A stretch of DNA of 64,000 nt from Callorhinchus milii (taxonomy: Eukaryota). Location of the stretch: NCBI RefSeq assembly GCF_018977255.1, contig NW_024704742.1, forward strand, positions 106,332,001 to 106,396,000, given 5' to 3'. The notes under the pieces are model-generated. The model saw nothing but the letters and a program-made list of their open reading frames with translations. It had not been told where the DNA came from and searched no databases. Every line of letters begins with the position of its first letter. Positions within the stretch are counted from its first letter, which is position 1. Below are positions 50,483 to 63,435 of the stretch, piece by piece. The position numbers were made by a program, and so were the translations under genes.

Positions 50483-51748
50483 AACAACAACAAAATTATA
50501 TTTGTAGAGCGTCTTTCACGTTGGGAGGACGTCTCAAGGTGCTGGACAGACAGAGTTACGGACTTGAGCTGAGGGTCGGGGTGGGGGAAGGGGTAAGGCT
50601 TGGGGGGGAAGCAGGGAGATCGAAAGCACGGTCAAAAAGGAGGGTCTTGAGGTGGATCTTGAAGGTAAGGTTGAGTGCAGAGTGGTGGAAGGCCCGCCCA
50701 CCGATAGTGGGGCGAGCAAGGCAGGGGACGTGGAGCAGGTCAGGGCCCGCTGAGCAGAGGGAGTGAACAGGTTGGTAGGGGTTAGGAGGTCTGAGAGGTA
50801 GGGGGGATCAAGACCATGGAGGGTTTTGAAGGTGAGGACCAGGATCTTCATTTGTATCCTCTGTGTGATGGGAAGCCAATGGAATTGGGCGAGGATGGGG
50901 GTGATCGGGTCGCGGAGCCTAGTGTGGGAGAGGACACGGGCTGCAGAGTTCTGGATGATCTGCAGTCTGTGGAGGAAGGAGTTGGGGAGGCTGACAAGCA
51001 GGGAGTTTGCATAGCCGAGCATTGATGTCATGAAGGCATGTATGAGGGTTTCGGTGGCCTGCGGTGTGAGACAGTGTCAGAGCCGGGCGATGTTGCGGAG
51101 GTGGGGGGAGGCAGAGCGGGTCATGGCGCGAGTATGGGGTAGAAAGGATAGTTGAGGGCCGAACAAGACCCTGAGGTTCCGGACTGGCTTAGCAAGGTTG
51201 AAGGTGCAACCATGGATGGTGTCAGGGCCTGAGGTGAGGAGGCGCTGATGGGAGCCAATCAGGAGAGCCTCGGTCTTGTTGACGTTCAACTGAAGAAAGT
51301 TAGCTCTCATCCAGGACTTGGTGTCTGACAGACATTCTGTCAGGACAGCGGTGGTCCTAGAATCAAGGGTGGAGGCAGAGAGATAGAGTTGGGTGTCATC
51401 CCCATACATGTGGAAGTTGACCCCATGTCTGCAGATGATGTCACCAAGAGGGAGCACATAGATGTTGAAGAGGAGGGGACCAAGGACAGAGTCCTGAGGA
51501 ACGCCACACAAGATGGTGCGGGGGTTAGAGGAGAAGCCGTTTAAGGAGATGAAGTGCAGGTGGTGCGAGAGGTATGATCTGAACCAATCAAGGACAGCGC
51601 CATGGAGGTTGAGGTAAGAGGAGATGTGGTGGATGAGTATAGAGTGGTCGACGGTGTTGAAAGCAGCAGAGAGGACAAGAAGGACGAGGAGGCAGAGGGA
51701 GCCCTGGTCGCAGATGGACAGAATGTCATTTGTCATTTTGACCAGGGC
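50483..51748 (-). mobile_element. L2-A LINE, 5'-truncated, with an RT domain; inserted into a CR1
   Basis: ORFs 51077..51736 (LSAAFNTVDH, GVPQDSVLGPLLFNIY, HMYGDDTQLY) and 50534..51031. Confidence 0.95.
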
Positions 51749-51764
51749 GGTTTCTATATATATA

Positions 51765-52165
51765 TAGGCCTTCTTTATTTTTTCTGCAAAGTAAATTACT
51801 TTACATTATTCTATGTTAAATTTCATTTGCCTTATTCATGCTTACGTTTCCCTGTATTCTTTGGCATCGCTCTTCACTATTTACCTTGCTGCCCCCCCTT
51901 CAGTTTGGTGTCATTTGCAAATTGTGACATCACACCTCCTATATCTGAGGCAAAATCATTTATGTATAACAGTATCAGTCTGAACATGGATCTCTGTGGA
52001 ATACCATGTCCTACCCTTTGCGAGACTGAGAAGATGCCTTTAACTTCTACTCTTTGCTTTGGTTTTCTAACCCTTCTTAAATCCATTCTGCTTCCACTCT
52101 TATGACTCGACATGCCTTGATTTTGGTCATGAGTCTCTCATGTGGCATTTTATCAATGGCTTGCA
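51765..52165 (-). mobile_element. CR1 LINE RT part, continuing 49765-50450
   Basis: ORF 51877..52113 KQRVEVKG...GIPQ...LYINDF...SQFANDTKL. Confidence 0.85.
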
Positions 52166-52544
52166 GATGTAAGCAATTAATCCAGTAATTTGAATCCACT
52201 ACCTATGAATTATGAAGGACAGATGTTCCCTGTGTGTCACCAGCTGCATATCTCACTTACCTCCTTTGATTTAGCATGAAACAAATCATCTGGGTCTAGT
52301 AATGCATCTCTGTTTGTTGTTCTTTGCTCCAGGTATCCGTTCCTTTTTGAATTCTCAGTACGATCTCTGCACCAATTTATTAGAACAATACAGCAGGTTG
52401 AGATTGCAGGGGTCATCTGAAACTTGGACCTGCAAGCCATAATAGTGTTGAGTTTTTGTGAATAAAAATAGTGAGTGTAATTATAATAATAATATTTTGT
52501 GTATACATTTGATGTTTACATTTGGAATACAGCCATTCATGGCT

Positions 52545-52735
52545 GAAGAATGTCCCAAAGTATTTAGCAGGATTTAGTATAAAGTGTAATGACTGTATTT
52601 GTGGGCCAATGCAATAGCCAATTTTTTATAGCAATGTCTCACAAACAACCATACACTGAGTGGCCAATTTTATCTGGGGAATTGTTGGCTAGGACACCTG
52701 GAAAAACTCCCTTCTATTTTTGAATAATGCCCTGT
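52545..52735 (-). mobile_element. Deu-type SINE fragment
   Basis: GCAATGTCTCACAAAC...AGGACACCTGGAAAAACTCCCTTC. Confidence 0.7.
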
Positions 52736-54957
52736 GTCCTACAGACAGTAAAGAAACAGTTAAGAAATGCCAGAGCAAACCAATCGTTTCTCCAGATCAT
52801 TTGTAATACACAGGTCTGAAAGATCACACAAAATTATTTCTCCCTAAATGTTTCTTACACGTGTTTTTTTTTAAGTTACACAGCTCATTTACCAGGCGTA
52901 CAAAGAATTAAATCATTCAGTGTCAATGGAGCATTTGGTGTAGTTCTCCTGAAACACACCCATGCTCAGTTTGGGGTATTAAGTTATTTAGCTGAATGCA
53001 TATATACATTTCAAACCAGTTAGCTCGGGAGAGGAATATGGACAGTGTCTTTGAGAAGCATGCAGTACATGGTGAGCATTTTAATTACATTCCGCCACCC
53101 GCTGCTTTGCGCCAACCACAGCAATATCTGTCATTATTCATAGACTTTAAAAATAACCTTTTTCAGAAGTACAAGCACTGGTGCATGTAAGCTTTCAGAC
53201 TGACATACCTCAGGGAAAGGCATCAAATAAGTTCAGTTTCAATGATCCAGAGCTGTGATAAACTGAAGCAATTTAAATTTTTTTGTGACCATTGCTCTAG
53301 GTCATTCTGATTAAATGGGTAGTAATCCAGTGTAAAAATGTCACCAGTGCAAGGGTGTCTTCTGGGAGTAAATTCATACTGCTGAGTAAATCACTATGCA
53401 TCATGTGCACTTGAGCATTCAATAATCGATTCATTCTTGTTATGGGAAAACAAATGCAGAAGTTCTTTTATTTCACTCCCAAAAAGCTAACATCACTTTC
53501 TTTTGTTTTGAGTGCAGGGGTAGTGAGACATTTAATCCCAAATTTAATTTTTGTTTCCATTGTTTCTTTTGTCCCTTTGAAATATACCTGTGCTGTGCAG
53601 CTCTCTTCCTGAGGCACAAAGCATCAGGGTGTATTTCACTCAAGGTCCTTCAGTGGTAAGGTATTCTTCATTACCTTTTCCTGTGTGAGATATGAACTTT
53701 AATCTGTAGCAACAATACCCTTTAACCTCTTTGTATCATAGGTTTTCATAACATTAGTGTTTGTAGTTATCAGACCTCTAATCTGTTGTAGTCAATCACA
53801 TTGGGATATAAAACGTGGTATTTCTTAACTAAATTCCTAAATTAGAATTCCCAGTAGAAGACCCGTGAGAAGTCCACTCTGAGATTAGATCTCATAATGC
53901 AATTCCGGCAGGTTGGTGTGATTAGACTTCCAGTTATCAGGATGAAAGCCCAGTTACTTATTGAGGAATCATGTTAGATGTTTCACATTCTGGACCCCCA
54001 CAAAACAGGTTTGATTTAAAAGTTTATTCTAAAGTGAGAGTTCAGCAGGAGTTTTGTTGTCTTCGGTACATTGTTGAATAGATGTTATTTAACAATTTTT
54101 CTGTTGGTATCTATAACAGGAGTAGCGGAATTCAACCATGAAACTTGGCAAGAATTTGTATTTATACTTGGGATGTGTTCTTGAGATTGCTGAGTGAATC
54201 GTTTACCTGACAGAGTTTGATGGAAGTTTATTGCTGTTGGATCTTTTTTATAGTGTAAGCTTGTAGTTGAACCAGCTGTCTCTGTAGATGTTGATGGCTG
54301 GGCCATAATATTCTTGCTGGCAAAACAGAACGAGAAATTTCTGACAAGCCATTTGCAATAACGGCAAGCAACAGGAAACTTGTCAATGAAATATTACTGG
54401 TAAAGAAATGTCAGATGAAGTACTAAACTGACAACTTATAATTGCTGCAGCTGGTGAAGGAGATTTTAACTAGGAATTGTCTGTTTTTGCTGAATATTTT
54501 TAGATTTTTCCTGACAACGTCATCTTATTTGCACTCTGTTATGGGGGTGTTTCGGTCAAGATCTCCCTTTCGTTCTGTCTTTACAGCTTGGTTGTTGCTA
54601 CCCCACTGCTTCTAAACAGGCACAAGGTCTGAAACTACTTGAGCGCAACTCTTTCCTCTCATCCTTCTCTTCCTGCTGCTTCTCTGCAGGGAGATGCCAA
54701 TGTTTCTGCTCATTACTGAACTTCCCTACTTGCCATGGCTCAGATTGGGAACTGAATGTGCCAGTACATGAACCACCTCCTTCTTGACTCCATGGTACTG
54801 AACGCTTTAGCACTAATGGTCAGTTACATTGCATGCATTGTAATCAGGAGTAATAATTATCATATCATTGACAAAAACAGTTAAGAGCTGTCAATAACAA
54901 GATGCCCATGATGGTGGACCTTCTCCTATCCTGACTCTGTCACAATAGTTGACTCAT

Positions 54958-55066
54958 GATAATAGTAATAATCCTTGCATTTGAAATAGTGCCTTCACAT
55001 CAGGAGGATGTCTCAAAGCACTTCACAGGACATACTGTAAAGTTTAGTGACTGTATTTTGGAGGCT
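54958..55066 (-). mobile_element. SINE tail
   Basis: AATAATCCTTGCATTTGAAATAGTGCC. Confidence 0.8.
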
Positions 55067-55320
55067 ACTTTAAAGAAAGACTAGCTCAGTCAGATGATCG
55101 GCAAATTTGGGGGCCAGAAGATTCTGGGTTCAATTACCAATGGATCCATTCAGTTCTTCACACTGTTAAAACCAATACCATTAAAAAAGTATATAAATTT
55201 AAATCTTCTGGGTGGAGGCATAAAGCATATACTTGAGATTGAACTGGTTTTGCAATAATCCAAGGTTTTGATAGACCATAATCCTTACATTTGATATAAT
55301 CATATCATGCCATATCATGT

Positions 55321-55625
55321 TGTCCTTCAGATGAGACATGAGAGTAAAGTCCTGTCTGCCTGTTCAGGTAGACGTTAAAGATGACATAGCACTATTTGAA
55401 AAGAGAAGGGAGTTTCTCCCGGTGTACTGTCCAACAATCCCCCAAATAAACTTGGTCACGTACTCCATGGCTGTTTGTGGAACATTGTTGTGCACAAACT
55501 GGTTGCTGCATTTCGCCCACAAAATATACAATCAATCCACTTTACAATATATCCTGTAAGCTTTTGAGATGTCTCAATGATGTGGTGAGGCATTATATCA
55601 AAGTGAGGATTATTAGTATTATTAT
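55321..55625 (+). mobile_element. Deu-type SINE, 5'-truncated
   Basis: Begins at TGTCCTTCAGATGAGAC and ends in the shared tail. Confidence 0.85.
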
Positions 55626-56792
55626 CGAAATGTCTCAAAGCACTTCATAGTATTTTACAGTGAAGTGCAGTCACTGTATATCTGTAGGCTGTATATCTTG
55701 GCTGGTTCATTCATAAGACCTTGGCAATGTCCTTTACTAGCGCTGGATAAATGTGCAACACAGTTCTAGCAGGACAGACAATGTGAAAGTTGCCAGTAAC
55801 CCTTACTCATGAGCTGTATGTTTGCAGTTACACTGTTATCCTGAAATATAGTAAAATCCTCTCACACAGAGAATGAGGTCGGAATGTAGGAAGGACATAT
55901 TGTTGAATGAATTGGCCTGATTAACCTCATCATTTGTGTGTTATCACCACTGAGGATGGATCCACGCCTGATGTACAATTAAATGCAACGGATACAATAT
56001 TGAAGATTTTTCACTTGCACACCACAGCAGTGCACCCACAACATGCAAAGCAGCCTGAGAGGCTGTACTTGGCATTCCTGGAGTGTTGCAGCAGATATTC
56101 TATTCAGTAAGAATAATGATTGATAAGCTGCGTGATTACACTGAAGAACACTTTAATGGCATTAGTTAAATTGCTTTTGAAGGTTCTAAGCTATCTTACA
56201 GCAAAACCATTTTGCAGCTTATTTAATAGTTTACATCACAGGTTTAAAGTCATCGTAAGCAAAGCCGATTTAAAGCCATTGGGGGGGCTACATTTTATTT
56301 AGCATGCACCATGGTAGAAGCAAGATGGAGCTGTATTTTGTGATATTCAATGCAGACAGGATTTCTATTCTACTTTCACCATACATTCACGACTCTGCAT
56401 CCCACTGTGACATTATATAGCTACCATCCCACAACATTATGAAGGATCAGATAGATCTATCTGCAGGACCCACATAAATGAATTGCTATGTGGATAAAGA
56501 TGAGATAAATGAAGACGTTGAAAAAACTGATATCTTCAGTAAATGATGAGAGTGCAGTTCCCATGGGTCACTGAGAATTGTAATAGGATTCCTTATTAAG
56601 GAATCTTATTAAAAATACAACAACTTAGACCTCAATAATAAGATCAGTGGATAGCGAATTTTGTAGAGATAATAATATTAATAAGGCTGCATACATTTCT
56701 CTAGTGGGAAAGGTAAGGGACATAAACAAGATTGATGAGTTAATGATGAAAAAGGGGATTATTTGATTGTGATACTGTCAACTGAGTAATTT

Positions 56793-57222
56793 GTCAACCT
56801 AGTTTAGTTGGTAGAGCTATTGAATCAGAATCAGAGCTTGTGGGTTCAAGCCCCACATCTGAACTTTGAGCTCATTGTCTAGGCTGACATTCCAGGCCAT
56901 AGTAGTGCTGCAGGGAATGATGCATGGTTGGAGGTGCTGTCCTTCAGGTGAGACATTAAACTGAGCTTCTGTTTACTTATTCAGGTAGGCGTTAAAGATC
57001 CTATTACACTATTCAGAAAGAGAAGGGTGTTTCTCTTGGTGAAGTGGCCAAAAATCCCCCAAGTCAATTTTGTGATTCACATCATAGCTGTTTGTGGAAT
57101 ATTGATGAGGACAAATTATCTGCCGTGTTCATCTTCAAATATTGCACTAAAAATTTTATGAAGCATGTTGAGATGGTTCAATGACCTGATAAAGCACTAT
57201 ATTAAATGCCAGGATTATTATC
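56793..57222 (+). mobile_element. Deu-type SINE, full length
   Basis: Head GTCAACCTAGTTTAGTTGGTAG...GGGTTCAAGCCCCAC, Deu-like domain, tail. Confidence 0.88.
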
Positions 57223-57359
57223 ATTTTACATAGAGACAAATAATATCAGTGACAGAAGGTCTAAGGAACCAACGAAAGAATACAAAAAGTTCAGTCAGTT
57301 TCATGTTTCATCTGAGGGACAGAACCTCCAACAATGCTCTCAGTATAAAATGCAGTGAT

Positions 57360-57832
57360 ACGTGTCCTCTCCCACACCAGGCTTCATGACATTATCACCC
57401 CCACCCTTGCCCGGTTCCACTAGCTCCCCATCCCCCAGAGGATAGAGTTCAAAGTCTACGTCCTCGCCTTCAAAGCCCTCCATGGCCTTGTACCTCCCTA
57501 CCTAGGTGACCTGCTAACCTCATAAATCTGTCCGCTCCCTTCACTCAGCGAGCTCCTGCCTGCTCCATGTCCCCTGCAAGGTCCCCCCACCTTCAGCTTC
57601 TCTGACCCCAACCTTTGGGACTCCATACCATATTGCCTTGCTCCCTCCCTTGCCTTCTTCAAGGTCCATCTCAAATCCCTCCTCTTCAACCTCGACTTTT
57701 GGTTATCCTCCTAACCCCACACTCCCTGCCTCCACCACTCATGTCCGAACTGGCAGCTCAGCTCCAAATCTCTGACTGTCCAGTGCCTCGGGCATCCTCC
57801 CGACATGAAAGCCGCTATACAAACATAATTTC
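57360..57832 (+). mobile_element. L2-A 3' fragment
   Basis: CTTCAAAGCCCTCCATGGCCTTG...CTCCCGACATGAAAGCCGCTATACAAA. Confidence 0.88.
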
Positions 57833-57842
57833 ATAAAATTGT

Positions 57843-58856
57843 AGAGTCATAGAATATTACATCACAAAAGGAAGCCATTTAATCTATCGTGCCTGTGTTG
57901 GCTTTTTGGAAGAGCTACCCAATCAGTTCCACTTCCCCGCTCTTTCTCCATATCCTTACAATTTTTCCTTTTCAAGTACCTATCCAATTCCCTTTTGAAA
58001 GTTGTTATTGAATCTGTTTCCACCACCCTTCCAGGCAGTGCATTCCAGACCATAACAAGTCCCTGTGTAAAAAAATGTCTCCTAATCTCCCTTTTGCTAA
58101 TTATCTTCAATCTATGTCCCATGGTTACTGACCCACATCCCGGTGGTACTAGTTTCTCCCTATCTGTGCGCAATTGGTTGCCACATTTCGCCCACAAAAT
58201 ATGCAGTCAGTTCACTTTACAGTATATTCTGTGAAGCGCTTTGAAATGTCTCGAAGACATGATGAGGCTATATCAAATGAAAGAATTATTATTGTTATTA
58301 TCTATTCTATCAAAACACCCTCATAATTTTGAACACCTCTATTAGATTTCCCCTTAACCATTTCTGGTGAAGATGAAGGTGAAACGCTCCACGATACCCT
58401 GCAAGAAAGTTCAAGTTGGTGTTGTTGTTCTCTGCACAAAGGAGAATAATCCATCATCAGCAGTGAGAAGCTTGTCAGAGAGAACAATTTCAGCTTCTCT
58501 AGTCTCTCCACATAACTAAAGGCCCTCATCCCTGGTATCATTTTGGAAAATCTCCTCTGTACCCTCTCCAAGCCCTTGATATCCTTGCTAAAGTATATAG
58601 TAAGTAGTATATCGCATATAGTATATAGCAATTCTGGTGCCCAGAATTGGACACAATATTCCAGCTGAGGCCTAACCAGTGACTTATACAAGCAGAACTT
58701 TCTTGCTTTTGTACTCTATGCCTCTGTTTTTAAAGCCAAGGATCCCATATGCTTTTTTAAAAAAGTTCTATCAACCTGTCCTGCCACTTTTTAAAAAAGA
58801 CGTATGTATGTGAACTCCCAGGTCTCTCTTCTCCTTAAAGCCCCTTTAAAACTGTA
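57843..58856 (-). mobile_element. CR1 LINE 3' part with nested insertions
   Basis: [26 protein letters not shown] and RRHFFTQGLVMVWNALP peptides. Confidence 0.92.
58164..58300 (+). mobile_element. SINE 3' part inserted in the CR1
   Basis: CTGTGCGCAATTGG...(TTA)n, splitting the host at TTTCTCCCTATCT|..CTATCAAAAC. Confidence 0.85.
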
Positions 58857-58961
58857 TCGGGGGGTATAGTAATATGTTGTTGTTATTAATTATTACATCA
58901 CAGAACTGCATTTTTCATAAGTTTTTCCCCTCCCATTTTATTTTTTGTTATCCTCCTTTAG

Positions 58962-59092
58962 TGCATATAATAGCAGATGCTTGATCACAGCTGCACACTG
59001 CATTGATGATTATCAAGGAACTGCAGACTTATCATGTGACAATCCACGGTTGACTACATTATCAGGAAATAACAGGCAGTATATATTAACAG
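58962..59092 (+). other. Candidate isolated exon with an open frame encoding ITAAHC
   Basis: Long pyrimidine tract ending TTTAG (acceptor), ACAG|GTAAGC donor, one open frame; no partner exons found. Confidence 0.2.
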
Positions 59093-59302
59093 GTAAGCAA
59101 TTCAAGGACAACAAGAGATTAAACCTTAGATCTTTTTTCTCAATCAAATCCCAGCCCAAATGGTCCAAGTTATCCGAAAATGATCACATCAATTCTTCCC
59201 TTTGAAAGAATTTCTTGATAAACACAGACCAAAAAATATTTCAACACAAACGGCAGTAAGTTGAGTTAGTGTTATCAGCTCACTGTTCCATCCACAATTT
59301 AG

Positions 59303-59500
59303 AATAATGATAAAATTATCTTTAAGTTTGGTATAGCACCTTTCATGTTGTGAGGATGGCTCACCGGATTTACTGTGGTGTAGTGATTGTATATTTTGTA
59401 GGCAAATGTGGCAGCCAATTTGTGCTCAGCAATGTCCCGCAAACAGCAATGAAGTGAAAGATCAATTTTATCTGGGGATTGTTGACCAGGGCATGAGGAG
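59303..59500 (-). mobile_element. SINE 3' fragment
   Basis: GGCAGCCAATTTGTGCTCAGCAATGTCCCGCAAACAGC. Confidence 0.8.
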
Positions 59501-60245
59501 ACACTGTAGAAGCCGACAGATTTAACGGGTTATGTGAAAGATAGCATCTAAACAATACAGGACTCACACAACGCTATATTGGAGTCTGTTGTATTGTAAT
59601 AACATTCAAGATAATTGACCTGTATGGAAAGAAACAGTCATACATTTCTTGATCTTTCTATAAGATTCTATTGAACAAATAAACTTGAAATACCATTTAA
59701 ATAATAATCAATGAAAAACTGATGCTTAAAATAATCAATTTCTATGATGTTAAAATACTGCCTTGAAAATCAATCAGGAAGAATTGAAATTTGAGATTTT
59801 CCTGGGACAAAGTGAAAAGAATAACCACTTGGGGTTAATTCTGCTCTGGACACTCGACAGATGTAAATCTATATTGAGGTTAAATGCTGAGCTGTGATAC
59901 TCATCAGAAAGCTCACAGGAAGTTCCTGGTGCTAACCATCCACTAAAGGCTCAAATCTGCACTTTTCGGGTGTCAAATAACTAAGCAGTTATCCTTGGGG
60001 ATGTGGGAGGTGTGGGTGGGAACAGGGGGAGACAGATAAGCAGAGTTTCTTTGGAGCTGAGCTTTTTCAATTCTCTATTGACAATCTAGGTAGTCCTGTT
60101 TCTGAGATAGGTGGGTCAACAACAACCACAACTTGCATTGATATAACACTCCAGGGCACAACGGATAAGCCAACCTGGCTGATCAGCAGGATTTGAAGGG
60201 AAAACTAAGGGAAATAATTCTTCCCATCCAGATCTTATTAATCTA

Positions 60246-60440
60246 AAGCCCTAAATGGTAGGATGGTCCTAGCTGGACAAGCAGTGGGAAGCTGCTTCAG
60301 ATCGCTAAATTCCAGCAATACCCCACTGACACTTTGAGGTCCCCAAGCCTTGGTTCTCACCAACATTTCCAGAATTAGGTTAAGCAGGTTGCATCTCTCC
60401 AGGGATAGAGTTCATTCTGTTCCAGACGCAGGAAAATCTC
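60246..60440 (+). mobile_element. Fragment of the old non-L2/CR1 LINE family
   Basis: GGTCCTAGCTGGACAAGCAGTGGGAA is identical to 17761-17786; similarity continues colinearly. Confidence 0.75.
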
Positions 60441-61240
60441 CATGTGTATATATATATGGTACTCTTAAGTCTCGTTTTGATACTGTAATATTCTTGTAAG
60501 GAATTTTAGCTTAAATTTTAAGAGTTAATTTTAATTAATTTTGCTTATGCTGTTTTACTGATCGGGATTTTGATGAGCATAGGATTCCTGTGAGCACAGT
60601 TTTGAGTGAACAAGAACAAACATGATATGAGAACTGAGAAACATTATTAACCTTGTAGTTAAAGCCATGAGAACAGGGCACCCTGATTGGAATGATGCAT
60701 CTAACACTATTGCTAAGCTTTGAGCCATGAAACATATATTTGTAATCATTTTAACACTGTAGATTGATGAAACTTTGTTACATTGATCATTATAATGTAT
60801 TACTGTGTATTTTGCCTATAATAGAAAATTACTGAACATTTGTATGTTTAAACGAAATTTTGCTGATGTTTGTACAAGTGTGACTTTTGTAACCTTGCTA
60901 GATGCTGTTCTATCCTTTCTAATGTCCTTGCTCTGTCTGGTATAGTTATTTGGAAAAATGGTTAGAGGATAGTCTGTGTATGTGAAAGATGGTCTGTGTT
61001 TGGTGAAAAGTAAGATGAGGAAATGGGGTAATTAGATGGACATGCACTAGAGAAAGGAGAAGGAATGTTTTAATAAGAAGGTCGGTGGGGGTGGGTGGGA
61101 GGCCAAAAACAAGAAAACAATATCTTCTGTGAAATGAACCAGATGTGAAAACTTGTTTGTTCACATGTATAAATATTGGGCACTAACCAGCCTGAAGTTG
61201 AAAAAAAACCCCAAGAAAGAAGAAGATAAAAAGCTAGAGG

Positions 61241-62627
61241 AGTCCTGTAGCGTATTGGTTAGACAACTCTCCTCGCAAGTGAGAGGACCGGGTTCGATTC
61301 CCGGACAGGCCAAAACCTTAGGCAACATTCCTTACTCCACACGCCTCTGCTTACCGAGCAGTAAGTAGGATCCCGTTTGTTGGTCAATTGGCGGATTCCT
61401 TTTCCAGGGGTAATCACCCTCTTGGTGACATCATCCGCAGACATGGGGTCAACTTCCACATGTGTGCAAATGACACCCAAATCTATCTCTGCCTCCACCC
61501 TCGACTCCAGGATCACTGCTGTCCTGACATAATGTCTGTCAGACATCAAGTCCTGGATGAGAGCTAACTTTCTACAGTTGAACATCAACAAGACCGAGGC
61601 TCTCCTGATTGACTCGCGTCAGCGCCTCCTCACCTCAGGCACTGACAGCATCACCAACCAGGGATGTAAGCTCCACCTGACCGAGCGCGTCCAGAATTTT
61701 GACATTTTGTTTGACCGTACTCCCTTGACCCCTTCCTACCCCACATCTGTGCCATGACCCGCTCTGCCTTCACCCACCTCCCCAACATCGCCCGGCACCA
61801 CCCCTCAGGCCGCCGAAACCCTCATTCACTCGTCACCACTTTAGGCTTGACTATGCCACTCCCTGCTTGTCGGCCTTCCCAACTCTTTCCTCCACAAACT
61901 GCAGATCATCCAGAACTCTGCAGCTCATGTCCTCTCCTGCACCAGGCTCAGTGACCCTATCACCCCCACCCTCACCCGGCTCCACTGGCTACTCATCCCT
62001 CAGAGGATAAAGTTCAAAATCCTCATGCTCGTCCTCGCCTTCATGGCCCTCCACGGCTTTGCCCCTCCCTACTTCAGTGACCTGCTAACCCCTTATTAAC
62101 CTGTCCACTCTTTCCGGCTCCGGCCTGCTCCATATTCCCTGCCTGCCCTGCCCCACCCTCAGCAGTTGGGCCTACAGCTTTTCCACCCCACCATTTGGAA
62201 CTCCATCTCACGTTCCCTTTGTTCACTCCCTCCCTTGCCTCCTTCAAGGCATGTCTCAAGACCCTCCTCTTCAACTGTGCCTTCGACCACCCTCCTATCC
62301 TCCCTGCCCTCCACCGTCCCTTACCCCAATTCCCTCCCTTGCTCGGGTCTAAAGCCCTGACTTACAGCACCTTGGGACGTTCTCCGGATGTGAAAGGCAC
62401 TATACAAATATCATTTTGTACTGGAATGTAATAATTCCTTCCAAAAAATTATGATTTGGTCACTCATCCATGACTGTTTGTGGGACACTGTTGTGCATAA
62501 TTGGCTGTTGTATTTTTCACACAAAATAAACAGTCAATTCAGTATATGGTACGTTCTGTGAAGCGCTTTGAATTGTCTCAATGACATAATAAGACGCTAT
62601 ATCAATACAAGGATTATTATTATTACT
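61241..62627 (+). mobile_element. CORE-like tRNA SINE split by an L2-A (head 61241-61412, tail 62430-62627)
   Basis: B box GGTTCGATTCCC; CORE-like GCCTCTGCTTACCGAGCAGTAAG; the 3' half resumes after the L2. Confidence 0.85.
61413..62418 (+). mobile_element. L2-A LINE, 5'-truncated
   Basis: MRANFLQLNINKTEALLI peptide; colinear with 50483-51460. Confidence 0.92.
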
Positions 62628-63435
62628 AAGAAAACTCCTGCCATATTCCGTTCTCCAGAGCAGTAACTATATCTTTCTGTATCATGCACATTGGTCTTTA
62701 AGGTTGTAAAATTAATTTTCACCTGTCTGTGTGAGCTTTATTTGATTATCTCAGGTTCCCGAACCACACAAAGACTCACAAATTCCCAAGTCAACAATTT
62801 AATTTAAATTAAATACAATTGAATACAGCACTGACCCATTGCAGTCAACAATACTTATATACCTGCTTATATACCCAGTTAACAAAAAATATGAATTTTG
62901 TTGTTGTAGGCTTAGTGCTATTGTGATTTGCATAGTAAGTCTAACAGATAAGTACGTCTAGTAAGTCTAACAGTAAGTCTCTCTGCACTTCAAAATAAAT
63001 GGAATGTGATTTAACTTGTAAAAGTCATACTATCATAAATCTAAAAAAAAAATTTTTTTAATTTTTAAATTTGCATTGAATTAATTTACAAGAGCACAGG
63101 GAGAAATTTGTTAAACTTACTGAATATAGCAGAATAGCATTTAACTCAAAATATAAACTTAATGGAATAACGGAGCTGAACAGTCCCCATAGTCAGCATC
63201 AATTTCCCTAAGCTGAAATGTATGACATATATGTCAGCATAGCTATAAACTGAATACTTTGGTTCTGGCCTTGACTTTGAAAGATAGAAGTGTGTTTAAT
63301 ACCTGCATTTGCACTGTACATTTAGTGTGGATTTGGCATGATATTCATGTCAAATCCAAATTAAAAGTGCTGGAAAGCTGAGCTTTTAGAGATTTTGATT
63401 CTGGAGGTTATTTTAGGAATAGAACTGTTCATGGA

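Noticed and set aside
54560..54800. Two strong splice-acceptor-like tracts
   Set aside because: All frames after the second acceptor are closed and the donor is weak.
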